From Minisyncoccales bacterium (GTDB taxonomy: Bacteria; Patescibacteriota; Minisyncoccia; Minisyncoccales; JBAMLS01): a stretch of 64,000 nucleotides of DNA. Below the pieces are notes generated by a model. The model saw nothing but the letters and a program-made list of their open reading frames with translations, searched no databases and was not told the origin of the DNA. The stretch covers positions 3,504-67,503 of the forward strand of contig JBAMLS010000001.1 of NCBI GenBank assembly GCA_039793445.1, in the 5' to 3' direction. The position numbers and the translations under genes were made by a program. Shown here piece by piece: positions 46,661 to 57,587 of the stretch (position 1 is its first letter; every line of letters begins with the position of its first letter).

Positions 46661-46828
46661 TTATTTATAAACTTTAGAAGAAATAATCCAAAAAATTATT
46701 ATAAAAAAAATTAAAATCAAAATATTTATCATTTGGTTTTTTATACTATCTTCTTCTTTTTGAATTTCTTTGCTTTCTCTTTGGATTTTTCCATCTGTGT
46801 TTTTGTTTTCTTGATTTTGTTCTGACAT
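46661..46828 (-). CDS. Small protein with C-terminal transmembrane helix (55 aa)
   Basis: Hand translation MSEQNQENKNTDGKIQRESKEIQKEEDSIKNQMINILILIFFIIIFWIISSKVYK*; fills the gap between polX and Nudix-MGMT with 3- and 7-nt spacing. Confidence 0.6.
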   Translation of the reverse strand: MSEQNQENKNTDGKIQRESKEIQKEEDSIKNQMINILILIFFIIIFWIISSKVYK

Positions 46829-46831
46829 AGA

Positions 46832-48574
46832 TTATTTATTTTTAAAAAATATGTAAATTTCTTTTAAAGAAAGGGTATTTATAATATCTTCTTTTTCCGC
46901 CCATCCCCTTCTAGCTTGAGCTATACCATATTCAATAAATTTCATTTGATCTTTTTGATGGGAATCTGTATTAATTACCATCTTTATTCCAATCTCTTTT
47001 GCTTTTTTTATATTAATATCATTTAAATCTAATCTTTCAGGATAAGCATTAATTTCTAAAATTGTTTTTGTTTCTTTTGCTATTTTTAAAATTTCTTCTA
47101 TATCAATTTCATATTCGTCTCTTTTTTTTAAAATTCTTCCTGTAGGGTGAGAAACAATATCAATGTTGGGATTTTTCATAGCTTTTATTATTCTTTTTGT
47201 CATTTTCTCTTTTGGCATTTTAAAATTTGAATGAATACCGGCGATTACAAAATCCATTTGTTTTAGAACTTCGTCTTTAATATCAACAGAACCATCATTT
47301 AAAATATTCGCTTCGCAACCTTTTAAAATTCTAAAATTAATATTTTTTCTTTTAAAATTTTCATTTATTTTATCAATCTCTTTATTTCTTTCAATTAATT
47401 CTTTTTCATCTAACCCATGTTCTATTTTTAAAAATTTTGTATGACTGGCAATTCCTAAATATTCATACCCTAAACTTAAAGCCATATTTGCCATTTCTTC
47501 TATTGTATTTTCTCCACCGTCAAATTTTCCCTTCCACTTAATATGACAATGTAAATCTCCTTTAATATCTTGATATCCTATAAGTTTTGGTAATTTATGA
47601 TTTAAAGCAGCCTCTATCTCACCCCTATCTTCTCTTAGTTCAGGTTCAATATAATCCATACCCAAAGTATCATAAATTTCTTTTTCAGTTTTACCAGCTA
47701 CTATTTTAGAACCTGAAAATAATCCATATTCAGATAGTTTAAAACCCTTTTCTATCGCAACCTTTCTTAAAGCAATATTATGTTCTTTAGAACCAGTAAA
47801 ATATAAAAGAGAGGCACCATAAGATTTTTGAGGTACCACCCTTAAATCCATATCAAAACCTTCTTTGGCCCTTACTGAAGATTTTGTTTTCCCTTTGCCC
47901 CAAATTTTAACAATATCTGGTAATGAACAAAAATAATCCATTATTTTTTCCGGTTTGTCAGAAATTGCCAAAAAATCAACATCGCCTATAGTTTCTTTCA
48001 TACGCCTAATTGAACCACAAACAGATAATTCTTTTACTTCTTTTAGTAAAATAAGCTTTTCTGAAACTTCTTTAACAAAGGGTAAAATTTCTCCTAAAAG
48101 AAATCTTCCTTTGGATTTTTTAAAAAATTCTATTGATTGTAAAATATTTTTTTCTGTTTTTTCGCCAAAACCAAAAAGGGGCGCGATTTTATGTTCTTTA
48201 GCCGCTTTCTCTAATTGTTCTAAATTTTTAATTTTTAATTTTTCGTATAAAACTTTTATCTTTTTGGGACCTAACCCTTCTAAATTGGCCAATTCTTCTA
48301 AATTTATAGGATACTTTTTTTTAAAATCTTCATAATATTTTATTTTTCCTGTCTTTAAATATTCTTCTATTTTTTGAGCAATACTTTTTCCAATACCAGG
48401 AATTTCTTCTAAAGTCCTTAATCCTCCCTTTTTATAAATCTCTCTTAAATCTAAATCTAGTCCAGAAACTAAAAGAGCAGCTTTTTCATAAGCAAAAGGT
48501 TTAAACTCTATACCTTCCATTTGTAAAAAATAAGAAATCTCCTGAAAAATTTTGGCAAGTTCTTGATTTACCAT
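46832..48574 (-). CDS. polX: DNA polymerase X family/PHP 3'-5' exonuclease PolX
   Basis: HhH (IPGIGKSIA), GSIRR.KETIGDVD, DLR, YFTGSKEHN; PHP domain GDLHCH, SHPTGR, NTDSH. Confidence 0.95.
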   Translation of the reverse strand: MVNQELAKIFQEISYFLQMEGIEFKPFAYEKAALLVSGLDLDLREIYKKGGLRTLEEIPGIGKSIAQKIEEYLKTGKIKYYEDFKKKYPINLEELANLEGLGPKKIKVLYEKLKIKNLEQLEKAAKEHKIAPLFGFGEKTEKNILQSIEFFKKSKGRFLLGEILPFVKEVSEKLILLKEVKELSVCGSIRRMKETIGDVDFLAISDKPEKIMDYFCSLPDIVKIWGKGKTKSSVRAKEGFDMDLRVVPQKSYGASLLYFTGSKEHNIALRKVAIEKGFKLSEYGLFSGSKIVAGKTEKEIYDTLGMDYIEPELREDRGEIEAALNHKLPKLIGYQDIKGDLHCHIKWKGKFDGGENTIEEMANMALSLGYEYLGIASHTKFLKIEHGLDEKELIERNKEIDKINENFKRKNINFRILKGCEANILNDGSVDIKDEVLKQMDFVIAGIHSNFKMPKEKMTKRIIKAMKNPNIDIVSHPTGRILKKRDEYEIDIEEILKIAKETKTILEINAYPERLDLNDINIKKAKEIGIKMVINTDSHQKDQMKFIEYGIAQARRGWAEKEDIINTLSLKEIYIFFKNK

Positions 48575-48633
48575 AAATTTTTATATTTTAAAGCGTTTTT
48601 CTAAAATGGTAAACAATTTACTTTTAAATAAAA

Positions 48634-49266
48634 TTACATTTTTAAAATATTTTTTTCAAATGTTTTTGTTCCATCTTCTAAAGCGTTTTTAATCTCTTTT
48701 TTTATCACCAAAAGTAATAAAGCTCCAATGGTCCCAAAAATTCCAGATAATAAGAATGTAAAGTTAAAACCAAATTTATCAACCAAAAAACCACCAAGAA
48801 ACGCAGCCAATCCAGAACCAACACTAACGGCAGTAGCGTCCATTCCCCATTGAGTTGCTTCTTTTCCTTTATCAATATGCCGAGTAAAAATTGCTGTCCA
48901 ACCAGATAAAGATAGCGCCATTCCAAAACCATGAAACAATTGAATAAAATAAATGTGAATTGGCAATTTTGATAGAATGAAAAAGAAGGGTAAAACCCCA
49001 GCTATAAATAAACCTAAAACCAAAGCAAAATAATCATCATCTTCTGATGGCAAACGATCTAAAAAAAATCCTATAGGAATTCTTAAAACTGCCAGTGAAA
49101 TAGTATAAATTGCAACGGCTATACCAACAACAAAAATACTGCCGCCCTTGATTGAATTTATGATAAAAATTGGAAAAATTGGAGTAATTAACCCCCAACC
49201 CAACCAAAAAACTAAATCGCTCAAAATTAAATATTTTATAATCTTATTTAATTTAAAATTCCTCAT
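48634..49266 (-). CDS. Half-size (6-TM) MFS-fold transporter
   Basis: PIGFFLDR motif A-like, GGFLVDKFGF; only ~6 TMs in 210 aa. Confidence 0.75.
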   Translation of the reverse strand: MRNFKLNKIIKYLILSDLVFWLGWGLITPIFPIFIINSIKGGSIFVVGIAVAIYTISLAVLRIPIGFFLDRLPSEDDDYFALVLGLFIAGVLPFFFILSKLPIHIYFIQLFHGFGMALSLSGWTAIFTRHIDKGKEATQWGMDATAVSVGSGLAAFLGGFLVDKFGFNFTFLLSGIFGTIGALLLLVIKKEIKNALEDGTKTFEKNILKM

Positions 49267-50282
49267 AATTTAAAATTCTCAAAAAATTTAGTAATTTTTG
49301 TTTTAATAATATCAAAAATAAAAATCAAAAAAATAACTAAACCAAACACCGCAAACAGAATATCAATAAATCTCTGAGTCATACAGTAAGATAAACTGGT
49401 AGCGTTCGAAAAACCTAAAATTGAAAAACCCCACCAACTTGTTAATTCTAACGATCCTAAACTTGCCGGTACAGGAAAAAGATAAGCCAAATTTACAAGA
49501 GCATATATTATTAATATTTTTTGAATTTCCATACCGCCTGTTAAAAAAAAGATTAATACTCCAGAACGAAAAACCAATAAAATTTCTCTTAATAAACTTA
49601 ATAAAAAACTTTTCCAAAAGGCTATTTTTTTAATATCAAAAAAATGAATAATATTTTTTTCAATTTCAAAAATATAATTATTATTTTGAGAAATTGGAAT
49701 TTTTTTCTCTAATCCAAACTTATCAATAAACCATTTTACAATACTTTCTTTTTTTAACATCTTAAAGTAAAAAAATAACAATAAAAATAATAAACCAAAA
49801 ACAATAAAAGCGATAAAATAAAAAACAAGTTTTTCTGGAAAATATCCGTAAAAAGAAAATGATAAAAACCCAAGCAAAATTGATATAAAGGTAAGAGTAC
49901 CATTTAAAATCTTATCTACAATTATGGTAGAAAATCCATCAACAAAAGAAACATTATGCTTTTTTTCTAAAAATAGTACTGATGGAATTTCTCCTCCTGT
50001 GACGGAAATAGGAGTAAAATAGCTTAAAGAAAAATTTATAAACCAAGATTTGAGTATCGCCAAAAATGATAGTTTAAAACCAAAATTTTTTAAGATATAT
50101 TGCCGTCTTAATATAGCGACTAAAACTGTACAAATAGTAATTAACAAAATACAAAAACCAAAAAAACTTAAAACAAAATTAATTGCTTTCTGAATTTCTT
50201 GCGCTCTTAAAGATTTCAGAAAATATATAAAAACTATTAGCCCAAATAAAAAAGAAGCAAGATATTTTAAAAATTTTGACAT
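49263..50282 (-). CDS. Lysylphosphatidylglycerol synthase TM / flippase-like (UPF0104) protein
   Basis: SYFTP...GGE, IVDK, PVPASLGSLE, late R motif; multi-TM. Confidence 0.75.
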   Translation of the reverse strand: MSKFLKYLASFLFGLIVFIYFLKSLRAQEIQKAINFVLSFFGFCILLITICTVLVAILRRQYILKNFGFKLSFLAILKSWFINFSLSYFTPISVTGGEIPSVLFLEKKHNVSFVDGFSTIIVDKILNGTLTFISILLGFLSFSFYGYFPEKLVFYFIAFIVFGLLFLLLFFYFKMLKKESIVKWFIDKFGLEKKIPISQNNNYIFEIEKNIIHFFDIKKIAFWKSFLLSLLREILLVFRSGVLIFFLTGGMEIQKILIIYALVNLAYLFPVPASLGSLELTSWWGFSILGFSNATSLSYCMTQRFIDILFAVFGLVIFLIFIFDIIKTKITKFFENFKL

Positions 50283-50288
50283 TTAATA

Positions 50289-50981
50289 TTAAAAACCAAA
50301 ATCGGCACGAATTTGCTGGATTGGTAGGATTTCGGCAATGTTATTATTAAATGAATTAATAATTCCAACCAACTCACCTTTTAAATTAAAAACCGGACAA
50401 AAAAGAAAGTCATCTTTATCATTTAAATTTGCAAAAACTCTATTATTTAAAATAGAACGGACTTGTCCTGAGTTTATTATTGTATCTTTATTTTTTCTTC
50501 CTATTAAAAAAATAAATTCACCTATTTTTATTTCTTCTTCTTGAAAAGGTGTAGTTTTTAAATTATTTTTTTCTAGTTTGACCAAAACAAGACCTTCTTT
50601 TTCATTTTCTTTTATAATTTTAATATTTTCCTTTTCTGAATTTAAAAAAACTACTTTTTTGCGCAAATCAAAAAAATCTTTTTTTCCTAAAATGAAACCA
50701 TCGGAAGTAATAACAATTCCACAACCTAAATTATTTTCTTCTTTTCCTATTAAAGGAACGCTTTCTTTTAATTTTAAAAAAAGTTTCGGAATTATCTCTT
50801 CTTGCCTTACTATTATTTCCTGAATAGGGTTAATAATTATCTCTTTTTGAATATTTCTAAAAAATTTAAATTTTTCGAAATAGGGATTTGTTAAAATAGC
50901 GGGGACTAAAAAAAATTCAAATAAAATAGCGCCAAAGATGCCAAAAAAAATAGAAAATAAAAAAAATGAAAATTTACTCAT
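50289..50981 (-). CDS. Membrane-anchored trypsin-like (S1C) protease homologue lacking catalytic residues
   Basis: GCGIVITSDGFIL and PVFNLKGELVGI align to HtrA, but His and GNSGG Ser are absent; no PDZ. Confidence 0.65.
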   Translation of the reverse strand: MSKFSFFLFSIFFGIFGAILFEFFLVPAILTNPYFEKFKFFRNIQKEIIINPIQEIIVRQEEIIPKLFLKLKESVPLIGKEENNLGCGIVITSDGFILGKKDFFDLRKKVVFLNSEKENIKIIKENEKEGLVLVKLEKNNLKTTPFQEEEIKIGEFIFLIGRKNKDTIINSGQVRSILNNRVFANLNDKDDFLFCPVFNLKGELVGIINSFNNNIAEILPIQQIRADFGF

Positions 50982-50984
50982 AAA

Positions 50985-53678
50985 TTAAAGAGTAGAAACT
51001 TTATCTTTTAAAAATTTTATTTTCTTTTGCTTTTTAAATACCACTTCATTATTTTCAAAGTTAACTAAAACTTTCTCATTTTCTTGAATTTCATTTTGAA
51101 CTATTTTTTTAGCTAAGTTATCTAAAATTAATTTTTGAATCACCCTTTTTAAAGGTCTTGCCCCAAAATTAGGATCAAAACCTTTTTTTATAATTTCTTT
51201 TTCTAATTCAAGAGTAAATTCTAATTCTATATTTTTTCTTTTTAAAATCCTCTTTCTGACTTTTTCTAATTCTAATTTTACAATTTGGGAAATTTCTTTT
51301 TCTCCTAAATAGTTAAAAATTATAATTTCATCAATTCTGTTTAAAAATTCTGGTAAAAATTTTTCTTTCAAAATATCTTTTATTTTCGCTTCAATATCTT
51401 CTTTGTTTTGAAAATTATCAGATAAAAACCCCACAGGTTTCATTTGAGAAATATATTCAGAACCAATATTAGAAGTCATAATGATAATTGTATTTTTAAA
51501 ATCTACCACCCTTCCTTTTGAATCGGTTAATCTTCCGTCTTCAAAAATCTGAAGTAAAATATTGAATACTTCTGGATCTGCTTTTTCTATTTCATCTAAT
51601 AAAATTACAGAATATGGCCTTCTTCTTATTTTTTCAGTTAATTGACCACCTTCTTCATATCCTACATAACCTGGAGGAGAACCTATCATTTTAGAAACAC
51701 TATATTTCTCCATATATTCTGACATATCCAGTCTAACCAAAGCTTTTTCTGTATTAAAAAGATATTCTGCTAAAGCTTTTGCTGTTTCTGTTTTCCCTAC
51801 TCCTGTTGGTCCTAAAAAAAGAAAGACACCTATTGGTCTATTTTCATCTGAAATACCAGTTCTACTCCTTCTTATCGCATTTGCAATTGCTTCTATTGCC
51901 TTATCTTGACCTATTACTCTTTGCTTTAATATCTCTTCTAAATTAGCAAGTTTCTTAGCTTCATCTTCTAAAAGTCTAAAAACTGGAATTCCTGTCCATT
52001 GAGAAACAATTTTCGCTATATCTTCTTGAGAAACAGATTGTCTAATAAAATTATACCTTTTTTGTAATAATCTTAATTTTTTTTCTTCTTTTTCAATTTC
52101 TTTTTCTAAACTAGGTATTTCCCCATATTTTATTTCTGCCATTCTTTGAAAATCTGCTCTTTTTTGGGCTAATTCCATTTCTTGATTTAACTGACCAATT
52201 TTTTGTTTTAAATTTTTTATTTTTTCAATAATTTCTTTTTGAGATAACCATTCTTTTTCTAATTTTTCTTTTTCTTCTTTTAATTTTTTTAGTTTTTTTT
52301 CTATTTCTTTTATTTTTTCCTCAGAAATATTATTTTCATCTTTTTTTAATCCCTCCTTTTCCATTTCTAACTTCATAATTTCTTCTTCTTTTAAAATTAG
52401 CTCTTGGGGTTCAGATTCAATACTCAATTTTAAATTAGAAGCAGCTTCATCTATTAAATCTATGGCTTTATCCGGTAAAAATCTATCGGTAATATATCTA
52501 CTACTTAATTCTGCCGCAGCTCTTAAAGCTGAATCTTCTATTTTTACTCCATGATGCAATTCATATTTTTCCACTAATCCCCTTAAAATCATAATTGTAT
52601 CCTCAACAGAGGGCTCTGAAACTAAAATAGGTTGAAACCTTCTTTCAAAAGCAGGGTCTTGTTCTATATATTTTTGATACTCCTTTAAAGTAGTAGCGCC
52701 AATTACTCTAATTTCACCCCTTGATAAAGGAGGTTTTAGTAAATTGGAAGCATCAATAGATCCTTCAGCTGCGCCAGCACCAATTAAAGTATGAAGTTCA
52801 TCAATAAATAAAATGTATCTTTCTTCGCTTCTTTTAATTTCTCTTAATAAAGCTTTCATTCTAGCCTCAAATTCTCCACGATATTTAGTACCAGCAATTA
52901 ATGCGCCAATATCTAAAGCAACTATTTCTTTATGTCTTAAACTGTCTGGCACACTTCCTTTTACAATTCTTTGAGCTAAACCCTCGACAATTGCCGTTTT
53001 TCCGACACCTGCTTCTCCAATTAAAACAGGGTTATTCTTTGTTCTTCTATTTAGTATTTGCATCAACCTTCTTATTTCAGATTCTCTACCAATAACTGGA
53101 TCTAATTTTCCATTTCTTGCTAATTCTGTAAGATTTCTAGTATATTTTTTAATCACTTCAAACTTAGATTCTGGATTGGGATCAGTAATTTTTTCTCCAC
53201 CCCTAATTTCTAAAATTATTTTTAATACTTCTTCTTTTTCTAAAGGTTTTATTCTTGGAGAAAGAAATTTTGTGTTTTTTAAAATTTCTCCAGCCTTTGT
53301 ATTGCTTTCTAAAATTCCCAATAATAAATGTTCTGTTGAAATAAATTCGTCGCCAAAATTTACCGCTTCTTCTTTGGCCTTTTCTAATACTTGAGTTAAA
53401 TCTTGGGTTAAATAAAAATCACCCCTATTTGTACTTACTCTTTGAAATGAGATTTGAATTTGAGAAAGTTCAAATTCTAATCGAGATAAAAGTGAAGTAG
53501 TATCTACTTCAAGTGCTCTTAAAACTTCAGGAACAATACTATCTTCTTGTAAAATCAAAACATATAATAGATGCAAAGCGTCTACCTGATTTTGTTTCTT
53601 CTTTTTAGCTAAATTTTGAGCTTCAAATAAAGCTTGTTGAGCTTTAAAAGTAAAATCGCCACTCTGTAAAAATGACAT
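50985..53678 (-). CDS. clpB: Chaperone ClpB
   Basis: Clp N domain, GEAGVGKT and GPTGVGKT Walker A motifs, long coiled-coil M domain (AEIKYG), GARPLKR. Confidence 0.94.
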   Translation of the reverse strand: MSFLQSGDFTFKAQQALFEAQNLAKKKKQNQVDALHLLYVLILQEDSIVPEVLRALEVDTTSLLSRLEFELSQIQISFQRVSTNRGDFYLTQDLTQVLEKAKEEAVNFGDEFISTEHLLLGILESNTKAGEILKNTKFLSPRIKPLEKEEVLKIILEIRGGEKITDPNPESKFEVIKKYTRNLTELARNGKLDPVIGRESEIRRLMQILNRRTKNNPVLIGEAGVGKTAIVEGLAQRIVKGSVPDSLRHKEIVALDIGALIAGTKYRGEFEARMKALLREIKRSEERYILFIDELHTLIGAGAAEGSIDASNLLKPPLSRGEIRVIGATTLKEYQKYIEQDPAFERRFQPILVSEPSVEDTIMILRGLVEKYELHHGVKIEDSALRAAAELSSRYITDRFLPDKAIDLIDEAASNLKLSIESEPQELILKEEEIMKLEMEKEGLKKDENNISEEKIKEIEKKLKKLKEEKEKLEKEWLSQKEIIEKIKNLKQKIGQLNQEMELAQKRADFQRMAEIKYGEIPSLEKEIEKEEKKLRLLQKRYNFIRQSVSQEDIAKIVSQWTGIPVFRLLEDEAKKLANLEEILKQRVIGQDKAIEAIANAIRRSRTGISDENRPIGVFLFLGPTGVGKTETAKALAEYLFNTEKALVRLDMSEYMEKYSVSKMIGSPPGYVGYEEGGQLTEKIRRRPYSVILLDEIEKADPEVFNILLQIFEDGRLTDSKGRVVDFKNTIIIMTSNIGSEYISQMKPVGFLSDNFQNKEDIEAKIKDILKEKFLPEFLNRIDEIIIFNYLGEKEISQIVKLELEKVRKRILKRKNIELEFTLELEKEIIKKGFDPNFGARPLKRVIQKLILDNLAKKIVQNEIQENEKVLVNFENNEVVFKKQKKIKFLKDKVSTL

Positions 53679-53703
53679 ATTTTTAAAATAAAGAAGGAAA
53701 AAA

Positions 53704-54303
53704 TTAAAACATTATATCTTCTTCAGCTCTTTTATATTCAAAAATATCTTCCAAGGAGAACCAAAAATGAAGTTCATGTTCTGCTTCTTCTGGTGTTTCT
53801 GAAGCATGAATAATGTTATGAACAGCTCTTTTATCTTTATTGGCAGCGGTAGCATCATCTACAGAAAAATCTCCTCTTATTGTACCCATTTCAGCTTGAG
53901 AAGGTAAAGAAGAACCTACTAATTTCCTTACCATATTTACAGCATGAATACCTTGAACTGCAATTTTTATCATAGGTCCTGAAGTTAAATAATCTATTAA
54001 CCAACCTCTTACTAATTTACCTATTTCTAAAGGATCTTCTGTACCTAATTCTTGTAAGGCATTAAAACCATATTCTTGATAATTTTTTAAAGTTTTTTCA
54101 CCCAATCTTTTAATCCAATTTTCATCTTTTGGATAATGTTCATTTATTTGTTCTCTGGTTGCTTGAAACATTTCTAATCCAATAATTTTTAGCCCTCTCC
54201 TTTCAATTCTAGAAATAATTTCTCCGATTAATCCTCTTTTTACTCCATCTGGCTTTATTAAAACCAGCGTTTTTTCTTCTTTTGGATGTGTTGTTTGCGC
54301 CAT
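53704..54303 (-). CDS. ndk: Nucleoside diphosphate kinase
   Basis: TLVLIKPDGVKRGLIGEI, GTIRGDF, NIIHASE (phospho-His). Confidence 0.95.
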   Translation of the reverse strand: MAQTTHPKEEKTLVLIKPDGVKRGLIGEIISRIERRGLKIIGLEMFQATREQINEHYPKDENWIKRLGEKTLKNYQEYGFNALQELGTEDPLEIGKLVRGWLIDYLTSGPMIKIAVQGIHAVNMVRKLVGSSLPSQAEMGTIRGDFSVDDATAANKDKRAVHNIIHASETPEEAEHELHFWFSLEDIFEYKRAEEDIMF

Positions 54304-54313
54304 AAGTTTATTT

Positions 54314-55144
54314 TTATTGAACTAAAAATTTTATATCACCGTCTTTATCTGTCCTTAGTATCTTTATATCATACGAAGATAACAAATTCAAGGTTTCTGT
54401 ATGGGGGTGGCCATAATTATTTTTTCCGCAGGAAATAACAGCAAAAAATGGATGAAAATGTTCTAATAGTTCTTCTGAAGTTGAAAATTTGCTACCATGA
54501 TGAGCAATTTTTAAAACAGAGATATTGTCTTTTGGATATTTTTTAACAATTTCTCTTTCAACTTTTTTTGTGATATCGCCTAAAAATAAAAATTTTTCAC
54601 CCCCCACAAATAACTCGACAACAACAGAAGTATCATTAGAAGTTTTTCCTTTTATCTCTTTTTGAGACAAATCTTCAAAGGGAAATAAGACTAAAACAAT
54701 AATCTCTCCCGCTTTAATTTTTAAACCTGCTCTTCCAGAATAAACTTTTGCCTCTTCTTCTTTAATTTTTTTTAAAAAATCAAAATATATATTACTATCT
54801 CTTTTAATTTTATTCCAAATGATATTTTCAACTTTAAAATTATCTAAAACAGCTAATAATCCATTTAAATGATCTAATTCAGGATGAGTTAAGATTATTA
54901 AATCAATATCTTTATCAAAAAATGTTAATTCTTTTGAAATTTTATTTAAAATTAATTTTTTATTTGGGCCACCGTCTATAAGAATTTGATGATGATATCT
55001 ACTTTCTATAAAAATAGCATCTCCTTGACCTACATTAAAAAATATTATTTTTGTTCCACTTTTTAATCTAAATATTTCACCCCACAATATTAAATTGCTT
55101 ATCCCAAAAAACAAAATCAAGAGAATACTTTTTTTAAAATTCAT
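54314..55144 (-). CDS. ComEC-type metallo-beta-lactamase fold nuclease (stand-alone, N-terminal TM)
   Basis: NVGQGDA, LIDGG, LTHPELDHLNG, NDTS, LGD, AHHGSK, YGHPH, RTD. Confidence 0.9.
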   Translation of the reverse strand: MNFKKSILLILFFGISNLILWGEIFRLKSGTKIIFFNVGQGDAIFIESRYHHQILIDGGPNKKLILNKISKELTFFDKDIDLIILTHPELDHLNGLLAVLDNFKVENIIWNKIKRDSNIYFDFLKKIKEEEAKVYSGRAGLKIKAGEIIVLVLFPFEDLSQKEIKGKTSNDTSVVVELFVGGEKFLFLGDITKKVEREIVKKYPKDNISVLKIAHHGSKFSTSEELLEHFHPFFAVISCGKNNYGHPHTETLNLLSSYDIKILRTDKDGDIKFLVQ

Positions 55145-55452
55145 TTATTTTGTAAAGAAAAATCACTGGGTATTGAAAAGGGATCTAAAATATCCAAAGA
55201 GTTTATACTTTCTAAATTTTTATTTTTTTTATCTATAATTTTAAAAAAGGTATTTATGGATTCAGTATTTATGTTCACAAAATGTGATGGAATAGGTTTT
55301 GATTTTAAATTTAAAAAATATTTTGAAAATAATAATAAAAACAAAACGCATTCCATTATAAAGAATAAAAATATTAAATAATAAATCTTTTTAAAAAAAT
55401 AACGAAAAAATCTTAAAGTATTATCTTTTATTTTTAAAAAATAATTTTTCAT
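55141..55452 (-). CDS. Hypothetical single-TM protein (PilP position of pilMNO operon)
   Basis: Translationally coupled to pilO and the MBL gene; one TM; C-terminal DPF. Confidence 0.5.
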   Translation of the reverse strand: MKNYFLKIKDNTLRFFRYFFKKIYYLIFLFFIMECVLFLLLFSKYFLNLKSKPIPSHFVNINTESINTFFKIIDKKNKNLESINSLDILDPFSIPSDFSLQNK

Positions 55453-55964
55453 TTTATAAAAACTTTAATATTTACAAAAGTTGAAAGGGTGTTATCTTTT
55501 TTATCTTTTTCTATATTAACACTTGACACTTCTAAAAAATATTTGCTATTTTCAACTGCCTTTAAAAATTTAACTATATTTTTGAAATCTCCTCCTAATT
55601 TTATTGATATCATATTAGTCTTTTCTTTTTTAAGAAGATTGTATTGGAAAATTTCACTACTTAAATTATATTGTTTTGAAATTTCTTCCAAAAAATTGAA
55701 GAAATCAATCGGTGTATCTTTTGGTATTAACCTTTCATCAACTAAATTCAAAACCTTTTGAAAAAAATTATAATTTGCTTTAAATTCATTGAATTTATTA
55801 ATTTGAGTATTTTGAGTTAATAAAATCGCTTTCTGATAACTTAAACTTTTAGATAAAGTTTTCATTTTATAAAGAAACGGAGAAACCAAAAAATAGAAGA
55901 TAGAAAAAAATATAAAAATATAAATTAACAAAAATAAATATTTTTTTTGTTGAAAATCTATCAT
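55449..55964 (-). CDS. pilO: Type IV pilus assembly protein PilO-like
   Basis: TM, coiled coil, then G.F.NI.KFL.A.EN..Y...V ferredoxin-like motif; follows pilN. Confidence 0.7.
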   Translation of the reverse strand: MIDFQQKKYLFLLIYIFIFFSIFYFLVSPFLYKMKTLSKSLSYQKAILLTQNTQINKFNEFKANYNFFQKVLNLVDERLIPKDTPIDFFNFLEEISKQYNLSSEIFQYNLLKKEKTNMISIKLGGDFKNIVKFLKAVENSKYFLEVSSVNIEKDKKDNTLSTFVNIKVFIK

Positions 55965-56509
55965 TTTTGAATAAATTTAAAAGTTAATGAAAAATTAGGG
56001 TATTCTCTTTTGAACCAACTTTGAGGTGAAAAATAAACATCTTCATATTCTTCTTTTCCCTTTAAAATATTATAAAACTCATAAACTGTTTCTCTATTTT
56101 TTGCTACACCGGTTATCTGAATTAATATTTCAGGATTCTGAGAATTTTCGTTTTTTTGAATATTTATAGAATTAAAATATACATCTTTTGGTGTAATTTT
56201 TAAAAACTCCTCAAAAAAAGAACTTATAATTATTTTATTCTTTTCAAAATTATTTAAATTAAAAAGCGTTGCATTAAAATTCTTTATTTCAGATTCTATA
56301 GCGAAAAATTCTTTTAAAATGTCTTCTTTTTTTAAAATTTGGTTTTCTATAATAACTTTTTGCTTTTCTAAAAAAATACTAAAGGAAAATAAAAATAACC
56401 AAAAAATTAAAAGAAAAATTACCATCCAATTTAATAAAATAAAAACTTTTTTAAGTTTTATTTCTGCTTTTATTATTTTAATCTCTTTTTCTGGTAAAAG
56501 GTTAATCAT
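55961..56509 (-). CDS. pilN: Type IV pilus assembly protein PilN-like
   Basis: MINLLP N-terminal PilM-binding motif, TM, P.DV.F.SI, ITGVA. Confidence 0.82.
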   Translation of the reverse strand: MINLLPEKEIKIIKAEIKLKKVFILLNWMVIFLLIFWLFLFSFSIFLEKQKVIIENQILKKEDILKEFFAIESEIKNFNATLFNLNNFEKNKIIISSFFEEFLKITPKDVYFNSINIQKNENSQNPEILIQITGVAKNRETVYEFYNILKGKEEYEDVYFSPQSWFKREYPNFSLTFKFIQK

Positions 56510-57572
56510 ATGTTTCTTCTAAATTTGCACCATCAATTGCTAGTCCTATTGCACTAGTAAAAGATAAGGCTTCTTTTTTATCTAAAATAAAATCTTTTGT
56601 AGGATAAATATTTAATAAAGGATTAGCAAGTTCAGTTTTTATATTAATCATTATTTGAACTATATTGGTTAATCCATATAACTTAGAGCCGCCCCCGCAT
56701 AATATAATTTTCGAAATTTTTGTTTTATTATTCAATTTTCCATATTTTTCATAATAGTCTATCCTTAATTTTAATTGATCAATTAAATCTTTCAAAGGTG
56801 GTACCATAGCATCAAAAATTTCTCCTTCTTGGTGTATTAAGCCATTTTTAATTTTTATTTTTTCAGCTTCTTCAAAAGAAACTTTTAAGGCTTTCTGGAT
56901 TGCTAATGTAAATAATTCAGCTGAAATGGGAATTGTAGTTGTATTTCGAATAATATTTTTTTCATAAAATATTAATCCAGTTCTCGTTTGACCAAAATCA
57001 ATAATAAGAATTGGCTCTTTTGTGTTTTCTGATGAAGATATTACTGCCTTTATTATTGCCTCACTTTCAATTTCCATACCTACCGCTTTTAAATTTGTTT
57101 TTTTTAAAGTGTTAACATAACTATCTAATACCTCTTTGGGGATTGCGGCTAAAAGTACTTCAATATAATTTTCACCCACTTCATTTTTTTTATAATTAAA
57201 ATAACATTCACTTATTGGTAAAGGAATATGAGTTTGAGTGTTTAATTCTATTATTTTTTTAATTTCATTATCTTCTACTTTTGGTATTTTTAAAACTTCT
57301 AAATAAGATCTTTCTTCTGGCAAAGAAATAATTACATATGGTGTTTTTATTTTTTTCCCAGTGATATTTTTTAAAGATTTCTGAATAATATTTGCTAATT
57401 CTTCCTCTTGTTTAACCATTCCATTTTCAATTATACCGTCGGGAATATTTTCTTGCCCAAAAGAAACAATAAAAAGTTTTCCATTTTTTTTCTCTATTTT
57501 TACAATTTTTAATGACTTTGTAGATATATCTAAACCAAAAGCATCAAATTTAAAATTTAAAAAATTAAACAT
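56502..57572 (-). CDS. pilM: Type IV pilus assembly protein PilM
   Basis: FGLDIS..SLK, IDFGQTRT, IILCGGGS, NPL, AIGLA; actin-like fold. Confidence 0.9.
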   Translation of the reverse strand: MFNFLNFKFDAFGLDISTKSLKIVKIEKKNGKLFIVSFGQENIPDGIIENGMVKQEEELANIIQKSLKNITGKKIKTPYVIISLPEERSYLEVLKIPKVEDNEIKKIIELNTQTHIPLPISECYFNYKKNEVGENYIEVLLAAIPKEVLDSYVNTLKKTNLKAVGMEIESEAIIKAVISSSENTKEPILIIDFGQTRTGLIFYEKNIIRNTTTIPISAELFTLAIQKALKVSFEEAEKIKIKNGLIHQEGEIFDAMVPPLKDLIDQLKLRIDYYEKYGKLNNKTKISKIILCGGGSKLYGLTNIVQIMINIKTELANPLLNIYPTKDFILDKKEALSFTSAIGLAIDGANLEETYD

Positions 57573-57587
57573 AGAATTAGAATTATT

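Noticed and set aside
48567-48613. 8-bp inverted repeat TTTACCAT/ATGGTAAA covering the polX start codon
   Set aside because: Short, AT-rich, 31-nt spacer; expected by chance and may simply coincide with a -35 element.
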